A DNA stretch of 64,000 bases, taken from assembly GCF_963921235.1 (NCBI RefSeq), contig NC_086097.1, positions 81,718,001 through 81,782,000 on the forward strand. Direction: 5' to 3'. Positions 52,268 to 64,000 of this stretch are shown here, one piece after another (position 1 is the first letter of the stretch; every line of letters begins with the position of its first letter). A program made the translations under genes and the position numbers. The notes beneath the pieces were generated by a model. It was not told the origin of the DNA. It made no database searches and was given only the letters and a program-made list of their open reading frames with translations. The DNA comes from Mobula hypostoma (taxonomy: Eukaryota).

Positions 52268-53224
52268 TGATTTTTATTAACGACCTTGATGTGGGGGTAG
52301 AGGGGTGGGTTGGCAAGTTTGCAGACGACACAAAGGTTGCTGGTGTTGTAAATAGTGTAGAGAATTGTCGAAGATTGCAGAGAGACATTGATAGGATGCA
52401 GAAGTGGGCTGAGAGTGGCAGATGGAGTTCAACCCGGAGAAGTGTGAGATGGTACACTTTGGAAGGACAAACTCCAAGGCAGAGTACAAAGTAAATGGCA
52501 GGATACTTGGTAGTGTGGAGGAGCAGAGGGATCTGGGTGTACATGTCCACAAATCCCTGAAAGTTGCCTCACAGGTGGATAGGGTAGTTAAGAAAGCTTA
52601 TGGAGTGTTAACTTTCATAAGTCGAGGGATAGAGTTTAAGAGTCGCGATGTAATGATGCAGCTCTATAAAACTCTGGTTAGGCCACACTTGGAGTACTGT
52701 GTCCAGTTCTGGTCGCCTCACTATAGGAAAGATGTGGAAACATTGGAAAGGGTACAGAGGAGATTTACCAGGATGCTGCCTGGTTTAGAGAGTATGTATT
52801 ATGATCAGAGATTAAGGGAGCTAGAGCTTTACTCTTTGGAGAGAAGGAGGATGAGAGGAGACATGATAGAAGTGTACAAGATAATAAGAGGAATAGATAG
52901 AGTGGATAGCCAGCGCCTCTTCCCCAGGGCACCACTGCTCAATACAAGAGGACATGGCTTTAAGGTAAGGGGTGGGAAGTTCAAGGGGGATATTAGAGGA
53001 AGGTTTTTTTACTCAGAGTGTGGTTGGTATGTGGAATGCACTGCCTGAGTCAGTGGTGGAGGCAGATACTCTAGTGAAGTTTAAGAGACTACTAGACAGG
53101 TGTATGGAGGAATTTAAGGTGGGGGCTTATATGGGAGGCAGGGTTTGAGTGTCGGCACAACATTGTGGGCCGAAGGGCCTGTACTGTGCTGTAGTATTCT
53201 ATGTTCTATGTTCTATGTTCTATG
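52268..53224 (+). mobile_element. CR1 3' fragment, same subfamily as 20682-24787
   Basis: ORF 52422-53048 nearly identical to the 3' end of the full-length copy; (TTCTATG)n tail. Confidence 0.93.
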
Positions 53225-53654
53225 ATAATGTGGAATGGGAAGGAAGCAAATAGCAGATGCTTTGGAGCGAAAGAACAGATAATGATAGCTTGAGATAAAA
53301 GAAAGATTTTGAGAAGCTTTTTAAGAAATGAAGGAGATAAGGATACATTGATTCATAAGAAAGAAATTCCAAAAAGGGTAAGAGCAGGAAACAAAGCCAG
53401 AATAAGGGGACCAAAAATATTATAGGGACCATAAAGCTATATTTTACTCCAGAGGTAATCTGAGACATGCTCATGGAGGAATTTATTTTCTATCAATGAC
53501 CCTTTGCTAGAACTGGGAAAAGGAGAATATGAATACGCTCTAAGTTACCAGAGAGCTGGAGGGGGGTGAGATAATGTCTGGAGATCAAGAATGTCCAAAG
53601 AGTGAGGAGTAAAACAATACGACAGAATCTCCATGGATCTAGATCAGATGATAT

Positions 53655-55142
53655 AGAAACATAGAAACATAGAAAATAGGTGCAGGAGTAGGCCATTCGG
53701 CCCTTCGAGCCTGCACCGCCATTTATTATGATCATGGCTGATCATCCAACTCAGAACCCAGCCTTCCCTCCATACCCCCTGACCCCTGTAGCCACAAGGG
53801 CCATATCTAACTTCCTTTTAAACATAGCTAATGAACTGGCCTCAACAGTTTGCTGTGGCAGAGAATTCCACAGATTCACCACTCTCTGTGTGAAGAAGTT
53901 TTTCCTAACCTCGGTCCTAAAAGGCTTCCCCTCTATCCTCAAACTGTGACCCCTCGTTCTAGACCTCCCCAACATCGGGAACAATCTTCCTGCATCTAGC
54001 CTGTCCAATCCCTTTAGGATCTTACACGTTTCAATCAGATCCCCCCTCAATCTTCTAAATTCCAACGAGTACAAGCCCAGTTCATCCAGTCTTTCTTCAT
54101 ATGAAAGACCTGCCATCCCAGGAATCAATCTGGTGAACCTTCTTTGTACTCCCTCTATGGCAAAGATGTCTTTCCTCAGATTAGGGGACCAAAACTGCAC
54201 ACAATACTCCAGGTGTGGTCTCACCAAGGCCTTGTACAACTGCAGTAGTACCTCCCTGCTCCTGTACTCGAATCCTCTCGCTATAAATGCCAGCATACCG
54301 TTCGCCTTTTTCACCGCCTGCTGTACCTGCATGCCCACTTTCAATGACTGGTGTATAATGACACCCAGGTCTCGTTGCACCTCCCCTTTTCCTAATCGGC
54401 CACCATTCAGATAATAATCTGTTTTCCTATTTTTGCCACCAAAGTGGATAACTTCACATTTATCCACATTAAATTGCATCTGCCATGAGTTTGCCCACTC
54501 ACCCAACCTATCCAAGTCACCCTGCATCCTCTTAGCATCCTCCTCACTGCTAACACTGCCACCCAGCTTCGTGTCATCCGCAAACTTGGAGATGCTGCAT
54601 TTAATTCCCTCATCCAAGTCATTAATATATATTGTAAACAACTGGGGTCCCAGCACTGAGCCTTGCGGTACCCCACTAGTCACCGCCTGCCATTCTGAAA
54701 AGGTCCCGTTTATTCCCACTCTTTGCTTCCTGTCTGCTAACCAATTCTCCACCCACACCAATACCTTACCCCCAATACCGTGTGCTTTAAGTTTGCACAC
54801 TAATCTCCTATGTGGGACCTTGTCAAAAGCCTTTTGAAAATCCAAATATACCACATCCACTGGTTCTCCCCTATCCACTCTACTAGTTACATCCTCAAAA
54901 AATTCTATGAGATTCGTCAGACATGATTTTCCTTTCACAAATCCATGCTGACTTTGTCCGATCATTTCACCGCTTTCCAAATGTGCTGTTATCACATCCT
55001 TGATAACTGACTCCAGCAGTTTCCCCACCACCGACGTTAGGCTAACCGGCCTATAATTCCCCGGTTTCTCTCTCCCTCCTTTTTTAAAAAGTGGGGTTAC
55101 ATTAGCCACCCTCCAATCCTCAGGAACTAGTCCAGAATCTAT
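53655..55142 (-). mobile_element. CR1 LINE, 5'-truncated, with an uninterrupted 463-codon RT frame
   Basis: ORF 53751-55142 has complete RT motifs; (TTTCTATG)n tail. Confidence 0.95.
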
Positions 55143-55686
55143 CTGTGAAGACAGAGAGAAAAAAAATTGAGCTAGTTTTGACCTCATATCAGAACAGGCC
55201 AGTGCTGATAAAAGAGGAAAACCTGTTACCTGGAACTGTTGAATAAGTATTGAGTCTTGAGGGGTGCAGTATGCTCAGGTGGAAGATGAGTTGCTATTCT
55301 GGCAGTTACAGATTTTTTGGCCTCCTGTACTCTTCCAAAAAGAGTGTAGGAAGCCACAAACAGAGAAGTCATACCGGGAGTGGGATGGAGAAATAAAACA
55401 AAAGCCTCGGCAAATTTTGCCCCATTTATCACAAGGTCAGATGTTCCAGACAAATGTTGGACACCAAGAGATGTTGAAGTGGTTTAGGTTGATGTGGAGG
55501 TTGTGAACTTCATGATTGTTGTTCTTGAAAAAGAAGTTATGGAAAAACAAAGGAATCAGATGACGAAAGTAATGGAGAAACATGGACAATAGGAGCAGTG
55601 GAGAACAAAGTTTCAAAGCAGGAACACGTTAGCAGTAACCATGGCAACCATAGTAACAGCTGAGTAACAGAGGAGATCTGTTATCC

Positions 55687-58600
55687 AGTCCCAGAGGACT
55701 GGAAGATTGCAAATGTCACTCCACTCTTTAAGAAGGGAGGAAGGCAAAGGAAAGGAAATGATAGGCCAGTTAGCCTAACCTCAGTGGTTGGGAAAGTGTT
55801 GGAGTTTATTATTAAAGATGAGGTTTCAAAGTACTTGGACACTAATGATAAAGTAATTCAGTGTCAACATGGTTTCTGTGAAGGGAAATCTTGCCTGACA
55901 AATCTGTTAGAGTTCTTTGAGGAAGTAACAAGCAGGGTGGACAAAGGAGAGGCAGTGGATGTCATTTACTTGGGTTTTCAGAAGGCATTTGATAAGGTGC
56001 CACACATGAGGCTGCTTAACAAGATAAAATCCTATGGTGTTACAGGAAAGATACTGGCATGGATAGAGGAATGGCTGACAGGCAGGAAGCAGAAGTGGGA
56101 ATAAAGGGGGCCTTTTCTGGTTGACTGCCAGTGACGAGTGGTATTCCTCAGGGGTCAGTACTGGGACCACTGCTTTTCAAATTAGTTGTCAATGATTTAG
56201 ATAATGGAATTGATGGCTTTGTGGCAAAGTTTGCAGATGATACAGAGATAGGTGGAGGGGTAGGTAGTGCTGAGGAAGCAATGCTAATGCAGCAGGACTT
56301 AGACAAATTAGAAGAATGGGCAAAAAAGTGGCCGATGGAATACAGTGTTGGGAAATGTATGATAATGCATTTTGGTAAAAGGAGCAATAGTGTGGACTGA
56401 ATGGGAAGAAGATTCAAATATCAGAGGTACAGAGTGACTTAGGAATCTTCGTGCAAGGCACCTAGAAGGTTAATTTACAGGTGGAGTCTGTGGTAAATAA
56501 GGCAAATGCAATATTGGCATTTATTTCAGGGGAAATAAATGTAAGGGGTTTCTTCTTTTATGTTACTGGGAAGGTACGCATGTGCGTGGACTACAGGACC
56601 CTGAACCGCCGCACGGTTCCCGACCAATATACGGTCTCAAGGGTGGAAGATGCATTGGCCTGTTTGAGTGGTGCCCAGTGGTTTAGTGTATTGGATTTGC
56701 GGAGTGGGTATTACCAGATTCCGATGAGTGAGACTGATAAAGAGAAGACGGTCATTATCTGCCCCCTGGGATTTTTCCAGTTCGAACGAATACCCCAAGG
56801 CATATTGGGAGCCCCAGCCACCTTCCAGCGGCTCATGGAGCGGACAGTGGGGGACATGAACCTGCTGGAGGTATTGGTGTACCTGGACGACCTGATAGTA
56901 TTTGGATCTACATTGGAGGAGCATAAGGAGCGACTGCTGAAGGTGCTGAGTCGGCTGAAGGAGGAAGGGTTGAAACTTTCCCTGGATAAATGTCAGTTCT
57001 GTAAGACATCGGTCAGCTATGTCGGGCACATAATCTCGCGAAATGGAGTGGCCACTGATCTGGCTAAAATAGCCGCAGTAACCACCTGGCCGAGACCTCA
57101 GAAGATGAGTGCCCTGCGCTCGTTTTTGGGGTTTTGCGGATATTACCGGCGATTCGTGGAAGGATATGCTAAAACGAGTCACCCATTGAACCAGCTGTTG
57201 TGTGGTTATCCACCTGTGGGGAGGAAGAGGAAGGGAGACCGAGGGCCGGAGGTAGGAGGATACTTGAACCCGGGAGAGCCTTTTGGATTGAGGTGGGATG
57301 CTCAATGTGAGGAGGTGTTCCAATCTCTGAAAAGGGCGCTGACACAGGCCCCGGTGTTGGCTTTTGCTGATTCCCGGAAGCCGTATGTTCTACACACTGA
57401 TGCCAGTCACGAGGGTCTGGGGGCTGTCCTGTACCAGGAACAGGGCAATGGATTGAGGCCGGTGGCGTTTGTCAGCCAGTGCTTGTCGCCATCTGAGAGA
57501 AACTATCCCACTCACAAGCTGGAGTTCTTGGCGTTGAAATGGGCGGTGGCGGACAAGTTGAGTGACGATCTATACGGGGCCAAGTTTGAGGTGAAAACTG
57601 ACAACAACCCCCTCACTTATATCCTGACCTCAGCAAAACTGGACACTACTGGGCACCGGTGGTTGGTGGCCTTGTCTGTCTATGAGTTCAGCCTGAAGTA
57701 CTGGCCGGGGAGTCGGAACATCGATGTAGGTGCTTTATCTCGTTGGGCGCATGACGAGTCGGGCACGGCCGAGGAGTGGAAGAGTGTCCCCGCCCAGGGA
57801 GTAAAGACCATGTGTCAAGTTGGGAGTGACGGGGAAGTAGGAGCACAGATGGGAACGGATCGGGCAGTAGATCAACTGGGGGCTGACGATGACGCGCTGC
57901 CCACTGTTTACTGTAATGTGACTGCTCTGAGGAACAGGCAGCTGCCGGAGTTGAGCCCCCAGGAAGTGGAGGCGGCTCAGCGTGATGACCCGAGCATTGG
58001 CACTATCTGGTACGCGGTTAGCCAGGAGGATATGGGGCAGGTGGAGAAGGCGAAACATGCCTCCATTCCCCTACTACTGAAGGAGTGGCCCCGGTTGAAG
58101 CTGAAGAACCACGTCCTGTACCGGGTCACGTCGCCTCCGGACCACCCCCGGCGCTGGCAGCTGGTCATGCCTGAGAAGTATCGGAAGACTGTGCTCCAGG
58201 CACTACATGATGGTTCCGGGCACTTAGGGGTAGAGAAGACCTATGGATTACTCAAGGACTGGTTTTACTGGCCGGGATGAGGGGGGAGGTTGAAGAATAC
58301 TGTAAGAAATGCAGTCGCTGCATCCGGAGGAAGACCCTGCCGGCCCCGTTATCCCACTTGCAGAGTGCGGGACCCATGGACCTGGTGTGTATGGATTTCC
58401 TGTCTATTGAGCCAGATACCAGCAACACCGCCAATGTCTTGGTCCTCACGGATCACTACACTAGATATGCGCAGGCCTTTCCCAATAAGAACCAGAAAGC
58501 GACTACAGTGGCGAAGGTGTTATGGGGGAAGTACTTTGTTCATTATGGCCTTCCCCAGCGGATCCATAGTGATCAGGGACGGGACTTTGAGAGCAGGCTT

Positions 58601-61062
58601 ATCCATGAATTACTGGGTATGCTTGGGGTTGAGAAATCCAGGACCACCCCCTATCACTCGCAGGGTGATCCTCAGCCCGAGAGGTTTAACCGGACCCTGT
58701 TGGACATGCTCGGGACTCTGGAGATCAGTCAGAAGAGTAAGTGGAGTCAGCACATCGGCCATTTGGTTCACTGTTACAATTGTACTTGCAATGACGCTAC
58801 AGGGTACTCGCCGTATTATCTGATGTTCGGGCGGGAAGCGAGGTTGCCCATTGATCTGTGTTTTGGGACTGAAGCGGGTGAATTACCTTCGAAGCCATAT
58901 CTGAAGTATGTGTCCGATATGAGGAGAGAGTTGAAAAGGGCGTACAAGTTGGCTGAGGCAGCGGCCACCAAGCAGAATCAACGGAATAAGAGGAGGTATG
59001 ATCAGAAAATGAAGTTCGCCCAACTATTGCCGGGAGTCTGAGTCCTTATCTGGAATTTAGGACTACCTGGTAAGCACAAGTTGGCGGATCGCTGGGTGGC
59101 TACCCCCTATGTGGTGGAGAGTCAGATGCCGAATCTCCCTGTTTACCGGGTGAGACCAGAGGATGGGAAGGGGCCTGTCAAGGTACTCCATCGGAACCAC
59201 CTGTTGCCCCTGGGTCAAGAGGTGCAGGTAGACCGAGAGCCCGAATGGGAGTTTACGGCTAGTACGAGGACTCTGCGAGGGCGTGGGGCGAGGGAAGAGC
59301 CCGCTGCGAAAGAGACGGGGCCGGTCCCCACCCCGGAAAGGGATACATCCTCGGAAGACGATTCAGATGTGTGGCACCTATTTCCGTTCACTAATTCCCC
59401 GGTACCGGAAGAAGAGGCTCCTGGCCCTTCCCCCACTGAGTTAGGTGAGAGGAGGGAGGGTGCTGAGGAGCAGCCTGTAATACAGCCGGCATTGGGGGAG
59501 AAAGGGTGGAACCAGAATCCGAGACAGAGGGCTCACAGGTGCCAAGGGGACCCAGTGAGGGAGAGGGTGAGGGTCCGACAAGTAGGCCCGGGGTGTCACC
59601 CATGGTGTCTGAGCCGGAAGGGTCAGCAGAGGAGGTACGGAGGTCTCAGAGAAGTAGGCACCCCCCCTCCCCCCGCCCCGGAGAGGTTGACCTACGTAGC
59701 GCCGGGAGAACAGGGTGTGATCGCTGCAGCCCTGGGAAGTTATGTCACTGCTTTATGCACCTGGGTTGGGTTTTGTGTTTTGCAAGGAGCAATGGTGAAC
59801 TCTAGTAATGTCATGAAGGCATGACTTTTATTTGGTGGGGTGAGAGCGTAAGGGGTTTCTTCTTTTATGTTACTGCGTATGTTAATCAAAATGGCTTCTT
59901 TGTTATGTTAAATGCTGAGAAGGTTCTCTCACTGCAGCTTGTTTGGGTTATATTATTGATAAGAGAGCGAATGAACCAATGGGTGTCCATGTTATTCTTT
60001 TTTGGAGTGATATTCTGTCTCATATGGCTGGGAAACGGTGTCTTTGACGGGGAGTTCGAGGAGAGACCGGGAGGAAGACGGACGTGCTGGGAGCGCTCTG
60101 GTTGATCACTTTGGGTGGTCCTGAGCTGCGAGTCGAGGGGATCGGAGTGGATCGCAGGGTGAAGAAAGAAGGTCCTGGATATTTGAGCTCCAACTGTGTG
60201 CACGAAGTAATTGAACTTTGATAAGTCTGGTGCCTTTTTCTTTTCCTTTTATACTATATCTCTATTAATCTCACAGTCCTAGTAAGATTTATAAAGTGTA
60301 ATCTGTAAAATGTACATTGTGTGCTGGCTGATGATTGATGTTTGAGGTCGAAGCAGGTGGCAATCCACAGCAACCGACATAACCAGGAGACACGGTTGGG
60401 TGGCGGACGGGGTTTCCCCTAGATAAATACGAGCCAATATAGCTGAGCGTTACATAAAATATAAAAGCAAGGAGATAATGCTGAGGCTTTATAAGACACA
60501 AATCAGGCCGCACTTGGAGTATTGTCAACAGTTTTCAGCCCTACATCTCAGAAAGGATGTATTGTCATTGGTGAGAGGCCTGAGGAGGTTTACAAGGATA
60601 TTCCAGGAATGAAAGGGTTAACATATGAGGAGCATTTGGCAGCTTTGGGCCTGTACTCTCTGGATATTTAGAAGAATGCATGGGGATCTCTTCGAAACCT
60701 ACCGAAAGGACTAGATAGGCTGGATGTGGAGGGGATACTTCCTTTGGTGGAGATATCCGTAACTAGAGGTCACAGCCTCAAAATTGAGGGGTGACCTTTT
60801 ACAATAGAGATAAGGAAGAATTTTTTTTAGCCAGAGCAGTGAATCTGTGGAATGTTCTGCCACAGACAGCTGTGAAGCCCAAGACCGTGGGTATATTTAA
60901 AGTGAAAGTTGATAGTTCCCGGATTGGTCAGGGCATCAAAGGATATGGCGAAAAGGTAGTGTATGGAGTTGAGTGGTACCTGGGATCAGCCACGATGGAA
61001 TGGTGGAGCAGATTTGATGGGCAGAATGGCCTAATTCTGCTCCTATGTCTTATGGTCTTATG
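55687..61062 (+). mobile_element. Older CR1 RT fragment split by a Gypsy insertion
   Basis: PEDWKIANV...FADD at 55687-56539, resumes at 60459 (LRLYKT...LWNVLP), TCTTATGG tail. Confidence 0.88.
56540..60454 (+). mobile_element. Gypsy LTR retrotransposon with RT-RH-IN; most of the 5' LTR, gag and PR deleted
   Basis: TSD TAAA (56536-56539, 60455-60458). 5' LTR stub 56540-56568, 3' LTR 59847-60454, PPT. RMCVDYR, YLDD, TDAS, GHLG..C..C, IHSDQGR. Confidence 0.93.
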
Positions 61063-63327
61063 ATCCGGAGAGAGAAGAGACCAGGTGCATAAATCCAAAC
61101 TGACAATTGTAGAGTGTTGGCACATTACCCCATACCGAGCCATAGAGATATACAGCATGGAAACCCATCCTGTTTCTGTGCACAGCTTTGCAGAATGTAA
61201 GGCAGAAAATGCACCGTCACTTCTCAAGGCAACTGGAGATGGCCAATAAATGCTGCCACACTGATGATACCCATGATCAAAGAAGAAGCTTATTCTGATT
61301 GAGATTTCTGCATTGAGTTGAGTGCAGAATTACTTCAGTGGGGTAGGTTGAATCCTTTTAGAGATATGAGATGGCATTTGAAGACAGGACCACCGTGGAA
61401 AGCTAATATTTGTTTACTTCAGATACGTAACTGCAGCTTAAGAAGATGTCATTATTTGACGACAGAACCCAATGATGCAGAATCAATCTCGGTGAGAAAA
61501 CATAGTTGCAAAGAACAGATCCTAATGGAAACTCCATCTATGAGACTGAAGGGTGCAAGAATAATTAGAAGGTCTTTTGTATGAGATCCATTACATGAGC
61601 CAATGAAGATTGAAGTTGCCAATCTCTGATTGGAACATTTAAATACCCAAAAATTTGGGAGGTCTGAATCTAATTTCTTGTGGGCAAAACTTAAAGTGAA
61701 AAACCATCTAAAATTTGCAGAAATTGATAGTCGGATTTTAAAGGATCGTTACAGGAATGGTGTTGGAAGTAGATAAAAAGTCATCATCAATCATTTCTGA
61801 AATTGAGGCTCGGGAAGAAAATGCATCAGATTGTTTTTAGTTGCAGCTAGAGTTGTTCCTGGAGATTACTAATGGTGCAGAGTGTAATAGTTATTCTATT
61901 TCACAAGACTGACTTTACTTTGATTAGAAAAATAGATTCCTTGGAAAATAATGATAAGAGTAATTGATTCCAACAATCATCCTTTTACATTTTAAGGGGC
62001 CTTTTTCAGGCATTCTATACAAGGAGTTCAAGCCAAATTAAACTTGTTATGATTGCCAGTGGTTGGTGGCCAGGACGACTTGTAGTTAATGAGAATATCT
62101 GACCGCTGGCCTTGGTGGATTAGGAGCTGGTTGGCCAGCTGGCTGCCAGTATTGAGAGCTGGATCCCACTTGTATGGATCTTAGAAAAGTAGTCTTTGTT
62201 ACATTATTGTCTTCGCAGACTAAGGTGGGCTCTTCTGCTCAGTTTACCAACTGCAATATAGTCTCTAAGCTAACAATTCAAAGGAGGTTTAGTTCAATAA
62301 TAATAGTATAAATGAAAAATAGAAGAAGACTTCTAATGGATTTGGCTAGAGGGTAGACTATAGTGGCTGACGTGTTTTTGGAATATGTATCGCAATGATC
62401 TTATTTCTGATTTCACAGGGTATGGCTGATAAATAATTCCTAACCGAAATTTCTTATTTCTTTTACTGTATGGATTCTTGATATTAATCCAGAAGATGTG
62501 TTTTCAAAACAAAATTCAATTAAAAAAAGAAAAAATATATTTTAATTAATTTTCACTTCTGTCCTTCTAGAATATTGAAAGCAAAATGCAGACAAGATCT
62601 GTCTGAATAAGAAAAACTCAAGTCATTTGCAGCAATTAATTCATTGGCTAGTCCCATTCCTGAGCAATCTGCCAATTGCTGCAGTTGGAATAACTGGAGG
62701 AAAGAAACAGAACAGTTCAAGTAATGTGGGAAGAAATGATTTGTTAGCTAACTGGTGATAAATTATTGAAAGAAGTTCAAGTTTAACATGCACACAGTAA
62801 AAGACAATCACCATGCCAATAACCAATCTGAATTCTGAAAGAAATTGTGAAGCAGTGGGAAATACGTGAGCCACGGAGAGGTCTTCCAAGGTCAATGGCT
62901 GAGTATTGATAGTAACTCTCAGGACAGCTCTGACACAATTCCACATAAACAAATAAGCTAACAACTTTGCAGAGAGTGATGAGGTTATTTGTCAGTTGTA
63001 CTGTTCTTATTGGACACTGCAGTTTAACAGCATGATGGAAACATAAATAATTCCATTTTGATCTATCATAAATAAAACATTGTGGAGGTGTAGGAAAGAG
63101 TATTTCACTGAAATTAACAGAGAATCAAAATACCTGCAGTTAATCTGAAGAGAAAGTAACCTGGTGACAAAATATGGTATATTAGCAGAGCTAGTACTCG
63201 GTGGTTCCTTAAATTGTTATAGTCAGGCGAGGTAATGGGGACAAGCTCCCACTGCATATTAAATGATCCCAATGGTGTGCACCTCAAATAGCCTCTGACA
63301 ACCAAATCCAGCTCCTGGTTTTCATGC

Positions 63328-63450
63328 AAACACGAGGAAATCTGCAGATGCTGGAATTTCAAGCAACACACTTAAAAGTTGCTGGTGAACGCAGCAGGCC
63401 AGGCAGCATCAATAGGAAGAGGTACAGTTGACATTTCGGGCCGAGACCCT
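63328..63450 (-). repeat. Penelope-like terminal fragment
   Basis: Matches the 45000-45103 terminus (TTTCGGGCCGAGACCC). Confidence 0.75.
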
Positions 63451-63454
63451 GGTT

Positions 63455-63930
63455 TTCATGTGTGGTTCAGTTACTAAGCCCGGCGGAACCATTTCTACTG
63501 ACAGGAGAAGGGGCAAAAGTGGGCTAATGGTGCCTTAAGACCAATTGCTTCAGGTAGGTGGGGCTTGTCAGCCGTGGTTGGCATCTCATCTAGGAGAAGG
63601 AAAACTCTGATCTCAAACCCCCGCTGCCTTGCGGCTATACCCACTCATGCGGAAGGCTTCGGGAGTAAACCCTGAGGGAAAAATCCAGATCTGGAGTCCT
63701 TAAGACAGTCCTACATTGAGTTCAATGTTGACTGGCAACTCCTGTGATGCTGATGGTACCAAACTGTATCGGTCTCTGCCACTCTTTAGGGTTCTCATCA
63801 GATACGTAGAGAGGAGGAGCTTGGTACATGGGCAACAGCTTGCTCTCCATTTCGTACTACCCAGGCTTGCATACCCAGACAGCTAGGATGCAATATCCAT
63901 GGTCGACTCTGACTGCCGGTGGCCCTCACA
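63455..63930 (+). repeat. RTE-like non-autonomous element
   Basis: CTAGGAGAAGGAAAACTCTGA motif recalled from RTE 5' regions. Confidence 0.45.
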
Positions 63931-64000
63931 TTATTTCAGTGATGTGATGCAAAATTAAAATGCATTTAAATATCTGGTTTCAAAAATGTTGTAAAATTGA

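Noticed and set aside
59081..59824. Post-integrase ORF as an env-like gene
   Set aside because: Continuation of the integrase C-terminus plus a low-complexity tail after a TGA; no signal peptide or fusion-protein motifs
63455..63930. HDV-like ribozyme in the RTE-like element
   Set aside because: Could not build the nested double pseudoknot by eye

Overview
Eukaryotic, repeat-dense vertebrate DNA. The repeat mix (CR1 LINEs with (TTCTATG)n-type tails, HE1/V-SINEs, Penelope-like termini) suggests a cartilaginous fish, probably a ray (inference). Most of the window is nested, mostly decayed transposable elements. 1-12.9 kb is a hAT/Buster transposon split by a Gypsy element (itself holding a Tf1/sushi chromovirus) and by a second sushi-like element carrying a Harbinger derivative. 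Further on are a Hero-type RLE LINE, a full-length CR1 inside a Gypsy LTR, more Gypsy, CR1, Rex1/Babar and Penelope copies, and a mariner fold-back. No host gene is recognised with certainty, but two phase-compatible minus-strand candidate exons (47666-47827, 13661-13836) suggest introns of a secreted or membrane protein gene. The most unusual signal is a hammerhead-like motif with non-circularly permuted strand order in the Hero 3' UTR. All calls are by eye; no searches were run.
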